Shown one piece after another: positions 1 through 13,365 of a stretch of DNA of 64,000 bases. Both the position numbers and the translations under genes were made by a program. The DNA comes from the human T2T-CHM13v2.0 reference genome, Homo sapiens: assembly GCF_009914755.1 (NCBI RefSeq), contig NC_060929.1. One strand, written 5' to 3'. The notes beneath the pieces are model-generated. The model was not told where the DNA came from, ran no database searches, and saw nothing but the letters and a program-made list of their open reading frames with translations. Position 1 is the first letter of the stretch. Every line of letters begins with the position of its first letter.

Positions 1-78
1 TCCTCCACTGGCCTGTCACAATGCCTGGGATTCACACCGTGGACATGATTCCAGGACGTTAAAAACAAACAAGCCATT

Positions 79-101
79 AAAAAAAAAAAAAAAAAAAAAA
101 A
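79..101 (+). repeat. poly(A) run (A23)
   Basis: Direct reading. Confidence 0.95.
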
Positions 102-900
102 CATGTTATGCTTGCAAGTGCCATTTAGAAGGGAAAATACATTAGCCGCCTGAGAATAAGTTATTCTAAACAGCATGTAGTCAACAAGTTAAGAGAAAAG
201 GTTCTGCAAGAATGTGACCCAGGATACTGCTGGGTGAGTTAGAATTGAGGAAATAATATAAAAAAATAGATTATATTTTCTCAAGAAAAGAGGGCCCTGC
301 CCTGGAGATAATAAACATCTCAGAACAGTGTAAAGAATAAACAGAGCATGGCCAAAGGAGAGATGAGCAGAGCCTGAATTGGCACTCTGCTTACTACATA
401 GTTTTGTCAAGAAATGCCTAAGCTAGATGAATATACAGGATTCTGTTTCCAAATCATTTTTCCCCAGCTACAATTTAATATCTCGGGGTCCAATGCAGGC
501 ACTTGTCTAGATCAATAGCCCACTGTGAACAGATCTTGACAGCTGCTGCTTTTCACCCTAACATGATGCTGGTGAAATCTCAAGCAGAGACATGGGCCAA
601 CCATTCCTAGCTATCAGCCATCCGTTCTTTGGCAACAAGTAAAGAAATCATAGAGAAAACCAGAGAGACATGAGATCAAAGGAGCAAAATGATTGACTAA
701 GACTGGATTCGCATAAGAGAAAAACTGTCTCCCAAATGTTATTGTGGAAGCTCATTTTGGCCAAATGCATTGCTTTACTGATCCATTCCATTTCTTGGCT
801 TCTCTCCCACATCCTTAAGTCTCCTGTTCAGTACTTGCTGGATTACAGTGTAGGGAGAAAGAAAAGGGCAATGCTCTTTGGTAAGCAGCTATTTTGTCTT

Positions 901-1331
901 TGCTATAGTTTGAATGCCCCCTTCAAAACTCATGTTGAAACTTCAACCTCAATGTGGCAGTATTGAGAGGTAGGGCTGTGAAGAGGCAATTGGATCATGA
1001 GGGCTTTGTCCTCATTAATGGATTAATTCACTTATGGATTAATGGGTTAATGGATTAATGGGTTGTCATAGGAGGGGAATTGGTGGCTTTATGAGAAAAA
1101 GAAGAGAAATCTGAGCTAGCATGTGAACAGGCTCAGCCCCATTGTCTGTAATTCTCTGAGCCACCTTGGGACTCTACAGAGAGTCACCACCAGCAAAAAG
1201 GCTCTTACGAGATGCGGCCCCTCACCCTTTGACTTCTCAGCCTCCATAACTTAAGAAATAAATTTCCTTTTCTTTATAAATTACCCAGTTTCAGGTATTC
1301 TGTGATAAGCAACAGAAGACAGACCAAGACA
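901..1331 (+). mobile_element. Solo MaLR LTR, MSTD-like
   Basis: Starts TGCTATAGTTTGAATG, ends ...AGACCAAGACA (TG...CA). Has AATAAA followed by TAAATTACCCAGTTTCAGGTATTCTG. Perfect 5-bp TSD GTCTT at 896-900 and 1332-1336. Confidence 0.9.
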
Positions 1332-2084
1332 GTCTTCAAACCAGAAGTACAGATTCTACACCTGTAATCGACAGTGAAAATATAATGGCTTCTCATTCTT
1401 TTTTAGGTTTTCTAAATTATTATTATTCACAGAAGCCTCATTGAATGGCTTCTGATTCTCATGGAATTTCAGAAATGGTCTTCAAAAGAAATGAGAGAAT
1501 CAGTAAATCTATAGATATGGGACATGCTGAGGGAAGTGCAATGTATGAAGAAGCCATGGATCATTTTCTCAAAGAGTTACCTTCTAGCTAGAGAACCAAG
1601 ATGCAAGAATGACAAATGTGCAGCACACAGGCCTCTTCTCACCTCACCTGCCCCATGACAGACATTACTATTGATCATGGTGTCCTTTCCTACCAAGCTC
1701 ACGTGCAACCTCAAATTCCTTTCCAGCATAGCACTTCAATAGTTGCTATCCATCTTTCAAAGTTAGAACATGATTTGAGATATATTTGCCATCTCTGGTC
1801 ACAATTGAAGAGAAACAGTAACTTCATATTACTACCAGATATTCATGGAAAAAGCCCAGTTTTGTGGTACAAGCTGTAAGGCAGCAGGAATTCAGAGGGA
1901 AGCTTCACGGAGGAAGGGACTTATACTGGCTGTGAACATTCATGCAGAATTTAAAAGAGAAATAGTGAATTTGGTAGTGAAACAACTACTTTTAAAAAGT
2001 ATTTATTTATACACTCCCTAAAATAATCTAACTTGTCTCCATTAATAAGTCTTTATTAATACGTGCCACACCAGCATTAGTGAT

Positions 2085-2290
2085 TAGGAGGATGGGTCTT
2101 GAAAGCAAGGTAGATCTGAATCCTAACCCCGACTTCATCACTGAATGTCTGGGAGACCTTGGGCCAGTTAACCAGCATCTCTAAATTTCCTCATTTGTAA
2201 AACTGGCAAGTAACAGAACCCAATGCATAGTGTTATTCCGAGGACTAATTGAAGAGATTCCTATAATGTGCTCAGCAGTGCGCCCATTAT
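2085..2290 (+). mobile_element. MIR SINE relic
   Basis: Degenerate MIR core: GAGACCTTGGGCCAGTTA...TTTCCTCATTTGTAAAA. Confidence 0.7.
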
Positions 2291-2399
2291 CATTATTTTT
2301 AGAGATTTTTAGGTCATTCTATTTCATCCTGGCTAGGGACATCTGTTCCTCAAGGCATTTTCCATACCAGAATACATCAAGGTAGAATGAAACAACAAT

Positions 2400-2570
2400 G
2401 GTCTAGAAATTAGATAGATGTGTCATTAAATCCAGGCCTCATCATTTGCTAGATGTGTAAGCTGAGTAAGTTACTTCTGTAAACTCTACTACTTCATTTG
2501 TAAAATGAAGGAAATATTGAAGAATGTAAATAAGTCATATAGAGGAAGTGCTGGTAAATTGTTGTTCCTT
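2400..2570 (+). mobile_element. MIR SINE relic
   Basis: TGAGTAAGTTACTT...CTTCATTTGTAAAATGAAG. Confidence 0.55.
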
Positions 2571-3849
2571 GGTACATGGTAATTCTTTTTATATACATTA
2601 TTGTGTCCAGGTTTTCTTCTCTGAATTTTTTAAAACAGATATTGACAGGCTTTTGAAATTTGAAATCCTCAATTGTTTCTCTGCTTTAGATCTACTTTTA
2701 TTTGTTGTAAAACCTTGGATTCTAAAAAATAATTGTGCTTTCTCCTTTCCATTTGAGCAAGCAAGAACAAGACTATACTAAGAAGCAGAATGAAGAAGGC
2801 CATCAGAACCTTAGCACCCAAGAACTAGGTTTCTTTCTTCCTGGCTCCTGTTGCCCTCCAAATGAGGAATTTCTCTTCTTGAATTGAAATGCAAATTGTA
2901 TATGACTCTAAAGATCCTTTATCTGACAGATCTGAGGAACACAGCTCTTCTCTGCTATCTGTGGGGTGGGCCACTTCTCTTAACTCTAAAGCTCCCGCTT
3001 TTTTAATCTAACTCTTTGAGCCAGCAAAGGAATGCACCCCGTCCCCCACTGTCCAACATTGTCCTTTCTCCAGTGAAAGCTCTCACTGTAGCCTTTAACC
3101 CAATGGGCTTCAAGGTGGCTCTGGCAAAACCACTTTGACAGGTGCATAGAGTAGCTCTGTCTCCATTTATACCTTTTCCTTTCAGTGTAGCACTGCCTCT
3201 CCAGCAGTAACTCCAGCACGGCTTTGCTGAAGTGGACTCCTGCTACAAGGAATGGTCCTGAGATCCATATCTCATTTCACAGCAGCTGCCAAGGAGCTGT
3301 CAGAAACTGGTTCTTATGGCCACAGGTCAGATTTAAAGCTGCGACCTCAAGGAAATGCACATGCTTCCTATCCCATTAAAAGTAGCTTGAGCTAGACACT
3401 GGCCCCCATGGAGTCCATCAACTTTGTTTTGGTTGCTGGATTAGGGCTCTTGCTTGCATTGAGAGAAGAAGGAAAGTTGCAGTCTCTCTTAGAGACTGAG
3501 ATTTCACCCAAAATATTTTTTTTCTGCTCAGCAAACACTCACCTATTTACTTCTACAAGTTAAAAAAAGAAGAGTTTTAACTCTACAATACAACCTAAGA
3601 ATCTAAAGCAAGAGTCAACACAAGAGAGTTTCAGTCCCATTATGGCATCCATATCAACTACTTACTGAATTGTCTGGAAGAGCAGGTAGATTTCAATGTG
3701 AGCAGCAGAATTGACAAATCATTGGCAATCGCTGTCTGGAACACTGTGCTGAGAATGCTAAATTGGAAAGGGGGGTGGTCAATTAGCAGTCTGCTTTAGA
3801 TCCAGGATTGGGAAAAGACAGCAATTATGCCATATATTTACTGACTTTA

Positions 3850-4310
3850 CTCAATGCCATAGCCTCTAAGTCAACTTTTCTGCTTACACGTCTCCATACT
3901 TCAACCCATTCCCCATTCTGCCACCATAGTCAGTAATTTAACACTCATATCTAATCACATCATTTCTCCTATGGCTCACATTACTCTTATGCTTATGTTC
4001 CCTAGCATGGTATATAATGCCTAGCATGATGTACAATGTATAATTGGGCTCTAGCCCATCTCTCCAGCCATTCCTCTTATCACTCCCCACCATAACACTA
4101 TGTCCTGGTCACCCCAAATTTCTCATATTCCCTGAAATGTTTATTCTTTTTGCACATGCTGTTCTTCTCTGAAGTGGCTTTCCCTACTTACTCCACTTGT
4201 GAAATTCTATACATCTTTCAAAGCTCAATTCAAATGGCACTCCTTAGTCTCTCCATCCTGGATGCCAGGACTTTTTGTTCATATGACTATTATGGCACTT
4301 TTTATATCAT
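3850..4310 (+). mobile_element. L2 LINE relic
   Basis: Pyrimidine-rich L2-like text (CCCATTCCCCATTCTGCCACC...TCTAATCACAT...CTTTCAAAGCTCAATTCAAATG). Confidence 0.55.
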
Positions 4311-4311
4311 A

Positions 4312-4915
4312 GTCATATTAATGAGAAACTTTTTTTGTAAGTAATAGAAACCAATTCAAACTGCCTTAAGAAAAAAATAGCAAACTTGTCTTTTTTTTAA
4401 AAAAAAAAAAAAAAGAAAGAAAGAAAGAAAGTACTATTTATTCTCTTATGTTAACAAAAATTTGGAGATAGAGTCTTCAGACATAACTGGATCAAGATGC
4501 TCAAATTATGTCTTCACAGCTGGCTCCTTCCTCTCCAGGTATTTCTCTCCTTTATGTTGACTTAATTCTAAATGGTTGGTTTCTACTTAGAGAACACTCC
4601 AGCTGCAGGTTGGCAAAAAGAGATTTCTTTCCTAATTGTTTCAATAGAAGGTCCAGATGTGAGTCTTATTTGTCTGTCTTGGATTATTTGCCCACCCTTG
4701 AAACAATCACTGTGACCAAGAAAAGTGAATTTTCTGATTCTCAAGATATGGGTCAGCCTCCATCGCTGAAGCAGGAAGGGTAAATCAACAACTCCACCCA
4801 AGCCATACAGAGCTACAATGGGAAAGACTAGCTTCACCAAAGGAAGACTGGGAGTGTTGTTTTTCAGAAAAGTGAGGCATCTATTCCAGACAGGTAAAAT
4901 ATAACAATAACAACT
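4312..4915 (-). mobile_element. Old MaLR LTR (MLT1K/L-like) with internal A/(AAAG)n run
   Basis: TGTAAGTAATAGAAACCAATTCAAACTGCCTTAAG and TGCCCACCCTTGAAACAATCACTGTGACC resemble antisense MLT1 motifs. Confidence 0.55.
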
Positions 4916-5819
4916 GTACATACACACAAAATGGTGAGTTTTGAGTTTATTTGCATCTTTTCCCCACCAAACTGAGCCCATCTCACTCACTCATAGTACC
5001 CTGTGGCACAGCGCTCAAGGACAATAGAAGGACAAGCACTTTTCCTTAGCTTTTTGGGAATGTGTAGTAACTCCATTTAGTCACTTAAGAACATGGTTAT
5101 TAATTGTCTGTGTTTACTGAATATTTCCTCATTCTGTGAAGCAATTTATGAGTCTTGGTGCAGCTTGCAGAGACAAGCATTTCTCGAGTCCTTGTTTGAC
5201 AAGCACAGAAGGAAATTTATGTGTTGTACTGTGATATGTATTATGTTTACTTGCTAATGAAATTTATCCCAGTTTTTGTGTTTATTTATAGCACACCAAT
5301 TCAGAACTGATGCAATCATTAGAGAATGGCTTATACGTGACCAATTTAAGATATTTAAAACCTCTTATTGTAGTGACAAAAGATAAGGGAGTTAAAATGA
5401 ATAAGGAAAGAGAAGTTTTTGTTACTGGCAAAAGACAAAACAGGGAATGAGAGGTCTCTAGTGAATACAGATACATTTGCATTTTATCTGAACATTTATT
5501 TGAAATCATATTTGATTTTTAAGTCTCAATACGCAGAGAAAAATCCTAGTCACTCATGGCTAATCTGGAAAAGTCTAAGAAGATTGTATGAATATTAGCC
5601 TTTGAGTGGGTTATAATACCTTTAGTGGATATTTTTTTCTTCTGGAACTCCCCAAAGTCTCCCATTCTGTGCTTGATATAGTAGGAAACACACTGGCTTT
5701 ATAGTTTTAAAGACCTGCATTCAAGTTTCTGCCTGCAATATTCTGGCTCTATTGTCAAAATACACAGTTGTATATTTTGATAACAAAGGAAAGGAAATCA
5801 AGACAAATTCAAATGCATT

Positions 5820-6025
5820 GTTCTATGTGCTTTATATATATTTACTCATTTAATCTTTACAACAAGTTTTTGATGCAGATACTTCCCATTATACAGGTGA
5901 AGACACTGAGGCACAAGGTAGTTAAATAACTTGCCTAGGATTGCATGCTCAGTGAGTGACAGAGTCATCAATTTGACACAGGCAGTTGATACTGTAGTTC
6001 ATGCTTTTGACCATGCAGTATGCTG
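5820..6025 (-). mobile_element. MIR SINE
   Basis: CTCATTTAATCTTTACAAC...CCCATTATACAGGTGAAGACACTGAGGCAC...GTTAAATAACTTGCC. Confidence 0.8.
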
Positions 6026-6054
6026 CTATTTACTATGTTGAATGCCTTCTCCAG

Positions 6055-6230
6055 TATGGCTTGGGAGTAAGACAGGTCTAGGATCAAACTCCATCTCTAC
6101 TACCTGCTAACCAGTCACTTAGGCAAGTTATTTCAACTCTCTAATCCTAGGTCTACATCTGTTAAATGAAGATAATAATATCAATATAAACCCACTAGCA
6201 CCATACCTTGCACTCAAATGTTAGCTTTCT
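6055..6230 (+). mobile_element. MIR SINE relic
   Basis: TTAGGCAAGTTATTTCAACTCTCT...CATCTGTTAAATGAAGATAATAATA. Confidence 0.65.
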
Positions 6231-6994
6231 TCCTCCAGACACACATGCCAATTGTAGACTTGCTTAGCGTCTAACCTCAGCCACTGTGTGTATGTGGCTA
6301 TAGCAGAATATTCAAAAGAAAGCACAATTCTAGAAGTCACCCAGTGAGTTCGGGTAGAGACAAAAAGAAAAAAACAAGTATTTCAGGCTTGATGCGCAAA
6401 AGCAAGTTTTGGCTTTGAATCATCCAATTCATTTTGGGAGTGTCAACCTAACTTGTGAAAAGTTGTCAGTGGTCCAAAAGTCACATTAGAATTTCAGGAA
6501 AGAAGAACTAGGCTATTGATCTGCACATTCAAGAAATATCAAAGATTTAGTGTTCCCCTGTGACAGAATAAGTGAATGTGTACTACCAAAACAATCCCTA
6601 CACAGTGGTGTCATGTGTGTGAAATCCTTCAACAAAAGACAGGGAGGCCACAGCCAAAGAGAAGATTCTGTCTCCAGTAACCACCCAGCTGGTGTTTTCT
6701 GACAACCTAATGACCAAATTGAATCATCTGCATAACCAATCTAATTGATTATATAGAAATGGATTATGAAGGTGGTTAAAAAAAAAAAAAAGATATCCAG
6801 GCAGTCTAGGGGTACATTTGCATGTCCCTATAGATACCCAATATAAATCTAGATTTTAAAAAAAAAGGCAGTATAGCTGTTTATTTGCTTCCAAACAGTC
6901 GGCTAGTATATGACCTGTAGACACATAGCCATATGTAATCACAGTCCATCCTCGCTGATATAAAATATGAGAAAGAATTATTATTCATCTCCAT

Positions 6995-7170
6995 AGCAAC
7001 AATTTATTGAACAACTCTTTGTTGGGCACTGGGCTAAGCACATAAGGTATATTATATAATATAATCCTCACAACCCTATTTCAATGGAACAAGTATAACT
7101 ATTACCTACATTACAGATAAGGAAAGTGGCTCAAAGACTGTAATCAACTTTCTCAGGTCCACACAGCTGG
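6995..7170 (-). mobile_element. MIR SINE relic
   Basis: ATTTATTGA...GGCACTGGGCTAAGCAC...AATCCTCACAAC...TTACAGATAAGGAAA. Confidence 0.7.
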
Positions 7171-7199
7171 TTTATTGGTTTCAATACTTTCATCTACAA

Positions 7200-7640
7200 A
7201 TCAGAAAAACCTAAGTTCAAACTAAAGACTTTATTATCCCATGTAACAGGAAGGTTATTAGAGGCAGAGTGAGCCCTGGAGATGATTGATTTGCTTGACT
7301 AATAGCTTAATCGTCCTGTTAAGGTCAGGTCCAAAGTTCTTTTCTATTTCTCAGCTCCCCCTTTCACAGGCTGCAGCGGTTTCAGGTATCATATCTAGAG
7401 TCACTTCCTGTGGATTTCTTTTATGAGACAGAAACTTTCCTCAGACACACATCCCCGTGCTCCCCAGCTTCCCTTCATGTCTTCTGGACTCAGAATATGT
7501 CACATAGCCATTCCTAAACCAATTACTTAGGAAAAGATAGAGAATTATCGTTAAACTAATTGGGCCGCATGGAGGCAGGATGATGCTGAAAAAATATTGG
7601 TTTCAGATTATTGGATAGGAAACAATATTGGATAGGAAAA
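7200..7640 (-). mobile_element. Old MaLR LTR fragment (MLT1-like)
   Basis: GAAACTTTCCTCAGA...TCACATAGCCATTCCTAAACCAATTACT resembles MLT1J/K; highly decayed. Confidence 0.4.
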
Positions 7641-7989
7641 CAAATAGCAGATCGGCTCTTTGTTTTCCTCTGGTTGTTGGCTATAAATGAACAGTAATGG
7701 TCATTGCAACCAAGATATCAATAAAAGGCAAACACAGGTGTGTCCAAAGTAGGTGTTCTTAATTAGTGAATTCTACCATATGGTTGGTTTATGTTCCACT
7801 GTTCAGATAAACCAGGGGTCTTTATCCCAGTATTATCAACCCAGAGACACTGCAAAACTCCTGTTAACTGGTCATCTTGGGAGGCAATCAGTGCTTCTAG
7901 ACATAGATCCGACTGTGTTAGCCTTCAAACTGAACTACTTGCTTCTGTTCTTGCCACCTTCCAGTCTGTTTCTCATCATGGCTCAAGGG

Positions 7990-8985
7990 ATCTGATTCAA
8001 ATTTCAACCAAGTCATGCCATTTTATGTTTAAAATCCTCAGCAGATATCTATAGTTATTGGGATAATGGCCAACACCTTGAATGTGGCCCACAACCATGC
8101 ATGTTTGCCTCCTGCCTATCTCTCCAGTAGCCTCTCTCTGTGCTCTGGCCACATTGGCTTCTTTCACACCATCCTCTCATGATTTTCACATGCTAGTCAC
8201 TTTCTTGGGAATTCTTCTTCTACTGTCTTTACCAAATCGACTCATTCTTCTGGTCTGGGATAAACCATCTCTTCCTCAGAGAAGCCTTTCCTGACCCTTG
8301 ATAATATCAAATCGCCATCTTAGAGCCTCTCATAGCACCACGTTCACCTGCAGCGAACTTACTACACTCAGCGTGAACTATTATACTCACTGACCAGTTT
8401 CATTTTCTATTTATTTGAGAGGTTAATTGATTAATCATATGTGCTCATTAGTCTATAAGCCCACTGTCTTAGTCCATTTTGCATCACTATAAAGAAATAT
8501 CTGAGGGTGGGTAATTTATAAACAAAAGAGGTTTATTTGGCTTGCACTTCTGCCAGCTGTCCAAGAAACATGGCATTAGCATCTGCTTCTGGTGAGGGCC
8601 TTAGGAAACTTCCAATCACAGCAGAAGGCAAAGAGAGAGCAGGTGTGTCACGTGGCAAGAAAGGGAACAAGACAGCAAGGGGAGGAGAGTGCCAGGCTCT
8701 TTTTAACAGTCAGATTTCACAGAGACAAAGAGTGAGAACTCACCCAATCTTATGAGAATGGCACCAAATCATTCATGAGGGATCCATCCCCACGACACAA
8801 ACACCTCCCCACTTGGCCCCACCTTTAACATTGGGGATGAAATTTCCACATGAGATTTGGAAGGCACAAACATCAAACCATATCACCCATGAAGGCAGGG
8901 ATGGATTCTGTGTTTGCTCATTTGTATCCCTGGTTTTTAGCACATTGCCTGGCACACAGTGAGTGCTCAAGATATACTGGTTAAA
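7990..8985 (+). mobile_element. L2 LINE 3' part, split by an MST LTR
   Basis: CTTCCTCAGAGAAGCCTTTCCTGACC before the LTR. Resumes after it with CCATGAAGGCAGGGA...TAGCACATTGCCTGGCACACAGTGAGTGCTCAA (L2 3' end). Confidence 0.75.
8465..8885 (-). mobile_element. Solo MaLR LTR, MSTB/MSTA-like
   Basis: TGTCTTAGTCCATTTTGCATCACTATAAAGAAATATCTGAG...GGTAATTTATAAACAAAAGAGGTTTATTTGG...CATCAAACCATATCA. TSD CCCAC (8460-8464) / CCCAT (8886-8890). Confidence 0.9.
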
Positions 8986-9291
8986 CTAAAAACAAACTAG
9001 AGAACCTAACAGTCCCACTCTCCATTGCCTTAGCCTCTTCACTACTGTAATTCATCTCCATTCATTCTCCCTCTCCACTTCCACCTAAGCAGATTCACAT
9101 CTTGACCCCAACCTCCTCACTCCCAATCTCTCTCTGTCTTTTTTGGCTCTGCAAACTCTAAGGAGTTGGACTCACCTCCAGGATCTTTATAACTGATGCA
9201 TGGTGTAGCCTGATCTCAGTAGCTGGATCTAGAAAACAACTAAAATGTTCTCAAGTTCTTAAAATGAATAAGCAAACAAGTAAATAAATTA

Positions 9292-9490
9292 GCAGTACAG
9301 CGTATGATTAAAAGCCCAAGCCTTGCAACTTACAACAGTGAGAGATCTTAATATACTAAATGTATACCCAGGTTAGCTACATAACCTCTCTGAGCATCAA
9401 TTATTTCAGCATAAAATGGGGATAATGATATTGATTTCACAAGATTTTCATAGGTATTCAATAAGCTAATGTATGCAAACATTTAGCCCA
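9292..9490 (+). mobile_element. MIR SINE relic
   Basis: TAACCTCTCTGAGCATCAATT...ATAAAATGGGGATAATGATA. Confidence 0.65.
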
Positions 9491-12400
9491 GAAATGGGAG
9501 CTATTGTTAACAAACCGAATTTCCTATAATGACAAAAATGTTCCTCTCAGAAAATTTGTCTTTATAAAGAGCAAAACTCTTTAATAAAATGATGGAATGA
9601 ATTAAGGAAAAGGGGGTTAAAAACTATCGCTATACAGATTTCAGGCAATGGATATAGTTCATATAAATTATTCACAAGGCAAAGTGCTTGACTTTTTGAA
9701 CCCAGTTAGTCCATGCTGTGCTCAGAATCCCAACAAAACTTTTAGGTCCAATAGAGTACTGAAATCCAGGTCAATTGTTCTGTTTCCCAGAGTCCAATCC
9801 TAGATTAGATTCTCTGAATTAAAAAATTTTCTGTATTAATTAACTCACCCCCTTCTGCTCTGTTAAACTTGGTATTATTCTGCCACTTAGTTTTGACAAC
9901 AAAGAGCAGTTGTCAACAGCAGTTTTGAATGTTTGCATATTCTAGTTGTCTTCTCTGTCACTTTAGCTGTATGTTAAAAGAAAAGGCAAGAAGAATGTTT
10001 TCCAGCAGCTGTGGCAGAGTCTATGGCATATAAACAATTCACCAGCATTCGACATCCACAGCAGACATCATTAATCAATTAGAATGTTCTTTCCCACTAA
10101 AACCCACATGGAGTTTCTTAATCCTTTTTAATGCCAAACTACAGAAGCTACACCATTTAATTAGAGTTGATATGTAAGATATAACCTATTCTCCATGCTG
10201 GACTTAGGAAAATGTTCTACAAGAAACCAGAAATCTAGTTATCATACCAAGAAACGCAAGTGTAACCTTATAAAGGTATCACTCATGAGGACTAGCTTTG
10301 GAATGTTATTGCAATCAAAGAACTACAGCGTAGAAATAAAAAAGAACTGCAATTCAGAAACAAAAAATTATAATAATGGTAAAATTGCCCAAGTGCTTTA
10401 CTTTATTTTCAAACGCCTTGAATGGAATACCAATGAGCTCGGACATACTCTATTTTAAATGTTCACTTTTCTTTCTTCTCCACTTCCTTTACACACTTCT
10501 TCCATGGCTCACTTGTCAAAATCCTCAAAATATTTGTCACCAAGCCCTATAACATCCCCTCTTGCCCTTGTTCTGCTCCCAACTTTCTCTAAATTTGTAT
10601 CACTGAAGCACAAAAAGCTAGTCTGGAATGATATAGAAGGGGGAAATAGTGAAAAGGGTCATATCAGCATCATCTTTCACAGCAGGGTTAAAGAGAGGAT
10701 TCAGAATTCTCACACATTAGAAATGTTTGGATAGACCTAGGCTGTAATTTGGGGGCCATTACTTCACCCTTCCTCCATCTTGGGAATCAACAGTCCCCAT
10801 TACCAGTGCCGGCATTCGCAAAAAGGATCCCAACAAGCCAAATCTAAGTGCAGCTTTGACATAAGGAATGGCTTTTTTGAAGCTAATGCTCAGAATTCCC
10901 CACGGAGCTTGTGAAAAAAAAAAAAAAACAGCCACTTCAAATGATGAGAGCCTATTTCCTCCTGTATAGCCACCTTCTGTCTCTCTCATCTCTTCATCAT
11001 GTAACAGAAAATGTGAAATGAGAGGAGACTGCTAAGAAGGAGACAGCCTTGATTTCATTCATTAAAAGAACTAAAAATTAGAAACAAGTAACAACTTCAT
11101 TGGCTTCTACCTCATCTCAAAACATAAAGGCCCTGAGCAATAAAAGATCCAATAAAAACACAAAAAAGGACTGACAGAAAATGCGACCCATCACCATCAA
11201 TTCCCTAACTTTAAAGGAATCTTGATCTTTCCACTGAATGCAGAATTTTTCTTCTAGCTTTGAGTCATATAAATTTTCATTACTGACATCCAATTTTATT
11301 TGAATTATAAAACTTTTTTAGAATATATACCTCACACAGCTATGAAACCCAGGATAGCACAGCTTTCCCTAGGGCCCTCTGTAGTTCAGGACAACCAAGC
11401 ACCTATGTTCTGATTCTATGAGGGATGAATAAGACAAAAGTCTGGAGGAAATAGAGTGCCAGAAAAGCTCACAGAAGGTCAGAAGCAAGTCTTTAGAAGA
11501 GAGAGAACCACCTGAGTCAGAGATTCTGAAGTCCACCAGGCCTACTTAGAAAAGACGTATATTCAAATCAGCAAAGTGCCCAATATGCCTCTTCCAACCT
11601 AGGGTTGAAGGCAGCCAACCAAAAGCCCCTATGGCTACACTCCAGCACCTCAGGAGATGGCTTTTAGGTATTAACTGCAGCAAAATGATATCCCATCAGC
11701 ATCAAATTACATTAGATGTTCTGAGAGAGAGGAGGGAAGGGAAAGAAGGGATTGCTGGCCAACTTCATAAGTGTATGGAAGTATCAGGCACTATTCAAAA
11801 CAGATAAATGTTTTGTATAAAGGTATAATAAGGGTAACCATTAGACAGAGCATCCAGATCTTCCTAAATGCTGATATACCAAGAAGAAAAAGGAAAGAAA
11901 AGAAAAGAAAAAAAGAAAGCAATAAAATAAACCCATAGTGAAACATTATTGATGTACACACACCCCACATCACATAAAATAAAACAACATAACACAACTG
12001 AGATCAAAGCTCTCAATCATATCAATAAATATAAATGGGCATAATAAATCTATAAAAAAAATTTTTGATTTGCTAGCAAACCAAAATTCAACACATCTGA
12101 GAGACACATGCAAAACAAACAAATTATGAAAGATTAAAAGTAAAAAATGGATCTATAAATAAGCAAAATCCAATTTAAAGGCATCATTGGAAGGGGAAAA
12201 GCCTGTTTACAAGGACAATAACTATTATTATTATTACAGTAATAATAACACCCAAGTAAAATCCACATGAGAAAAAGTGTAAAATATTTCTGAAAAACAC
12301 AGAAGCAGACTTGAACAAATAAGAAGGCTTTCTTTCCATATTCTAGGCAAGGAAGTACCAACATCATAAAGTTGGCAGTGCACACAAAGTTAACTTTCAT

Positions 12401-12581
12401 ACTTAGTGAGTGCCAATAAAATGTCATCAGGTTTTTATTTTCCTAAATATAAAGTTGATTATACCATTAATTTGGAAAAACACCAAAAAATATAAGAAAT
12501 AGGAGGGGGGATCCTAGCCCTGCTTGGTATTAAGATGGTTTTTCAAACCTACAAAACTTTTAAAATGTGGTTTTGGTATTT

Positions 12582-12779
12582 TTTTATTATACTTTAAGTT
12601 CTAGGGTACATGCGCACAACGTGCAGGTTTGTTATGTATGTATACATGTGCCATGTTGGCATGCTGTACCCATTAACTTGTCATTTACATCAGGTATATC
12701 TCCTAATGTTATCCCTCCCCCCTCCCTCTACCCCATGACAGGCCCGGGTGTGTGATGTTCCCCACCGTGTGTCCAAGTG
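12582..12779 (-). mobile_element. 5'-truncated primate L1PA 3' end (~200 bp)
   Basis: TTTTATTATACTTTAAGTTCTAGGGTACATGCGCACAACGTGCAGG...ATCCCTCCCC...GTGTGATGTTCCCC is the antisense L1PA tail. 21-bp TSD at 12561-12581 and 12780-12800 with 2 mismatches. Confidence 0.95.
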
Positions 12780-13073
12780 TAAAATGTGGTATCGGTATTT
12801 GAAGAGACAGAAGGACAAATGGAACAAATAGAAAATCCAGAAATAGATCTGATCACATATGAAAATTTAGCATTTAATAACTGAAAAGTGTAAAATTAAT
12901 ATTTTTTATTAATTCAGATTCAGCATCTGAAATTAGTTGGGAAAAGATGAATGTTTTAATAAGTGGTATTGAGATACCTGGTAAGTCAAATGGAAAATGA
13001 TCAGACTGGATCTATTCCTCACTCCATATACCAATATAAATTCCAAATGTGTCAGATTTAAATGTAAGACTAT

Positions 13074-13365
13074 GGCCAGGCACAGTGGCTCATGCCTGTA
13101 ATCCCATAACTTTGGGAGGCAGATGCAGGCAGATCGCTTGAGGCTAGGAATTTGAGACCAAAAGCCTGGCCAATATGCTGAAACCCTGTCTCTACTAAAA
13201 ATACACAAATTAGCCAGGTGTGGTGGTGCACACCTGTAGTCCCAGCTGAAGCAGGAGGATCACTTGAACCCAGGACGTGGGGGTTTCAGTGAACCATGAT
13301 TTCACCACTGCACTCCAGCCTGAACAACAGAGTGAGATTCAGTATCAAAAAAAAAAAAGATACAA
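13074..13365 (+). mobile_element. Alu (AluJ-like) with short internal deletion
   Basis: GGCCAGGCACAGTGGCTCATGCCTGTAATCCC...poly(A). TSD TAAATGTAAGACTA at 13059-13072 and 13366-13379. Right arm lacks the ACTCGGGAGGCT segment. Confidence 0.95.

Noticed and set aside
1012-1065. Repeated ATGGATTAATGGGTT units
   Set aside because: They lie inside the MST LTR and, as I recall, are part of the MSTD consensus.
7609-7639. TATTGGATAGGAAA duplicated with a 17-bp period
   Set aside because: Ordinary small slippage duplication in a decayed LTR.
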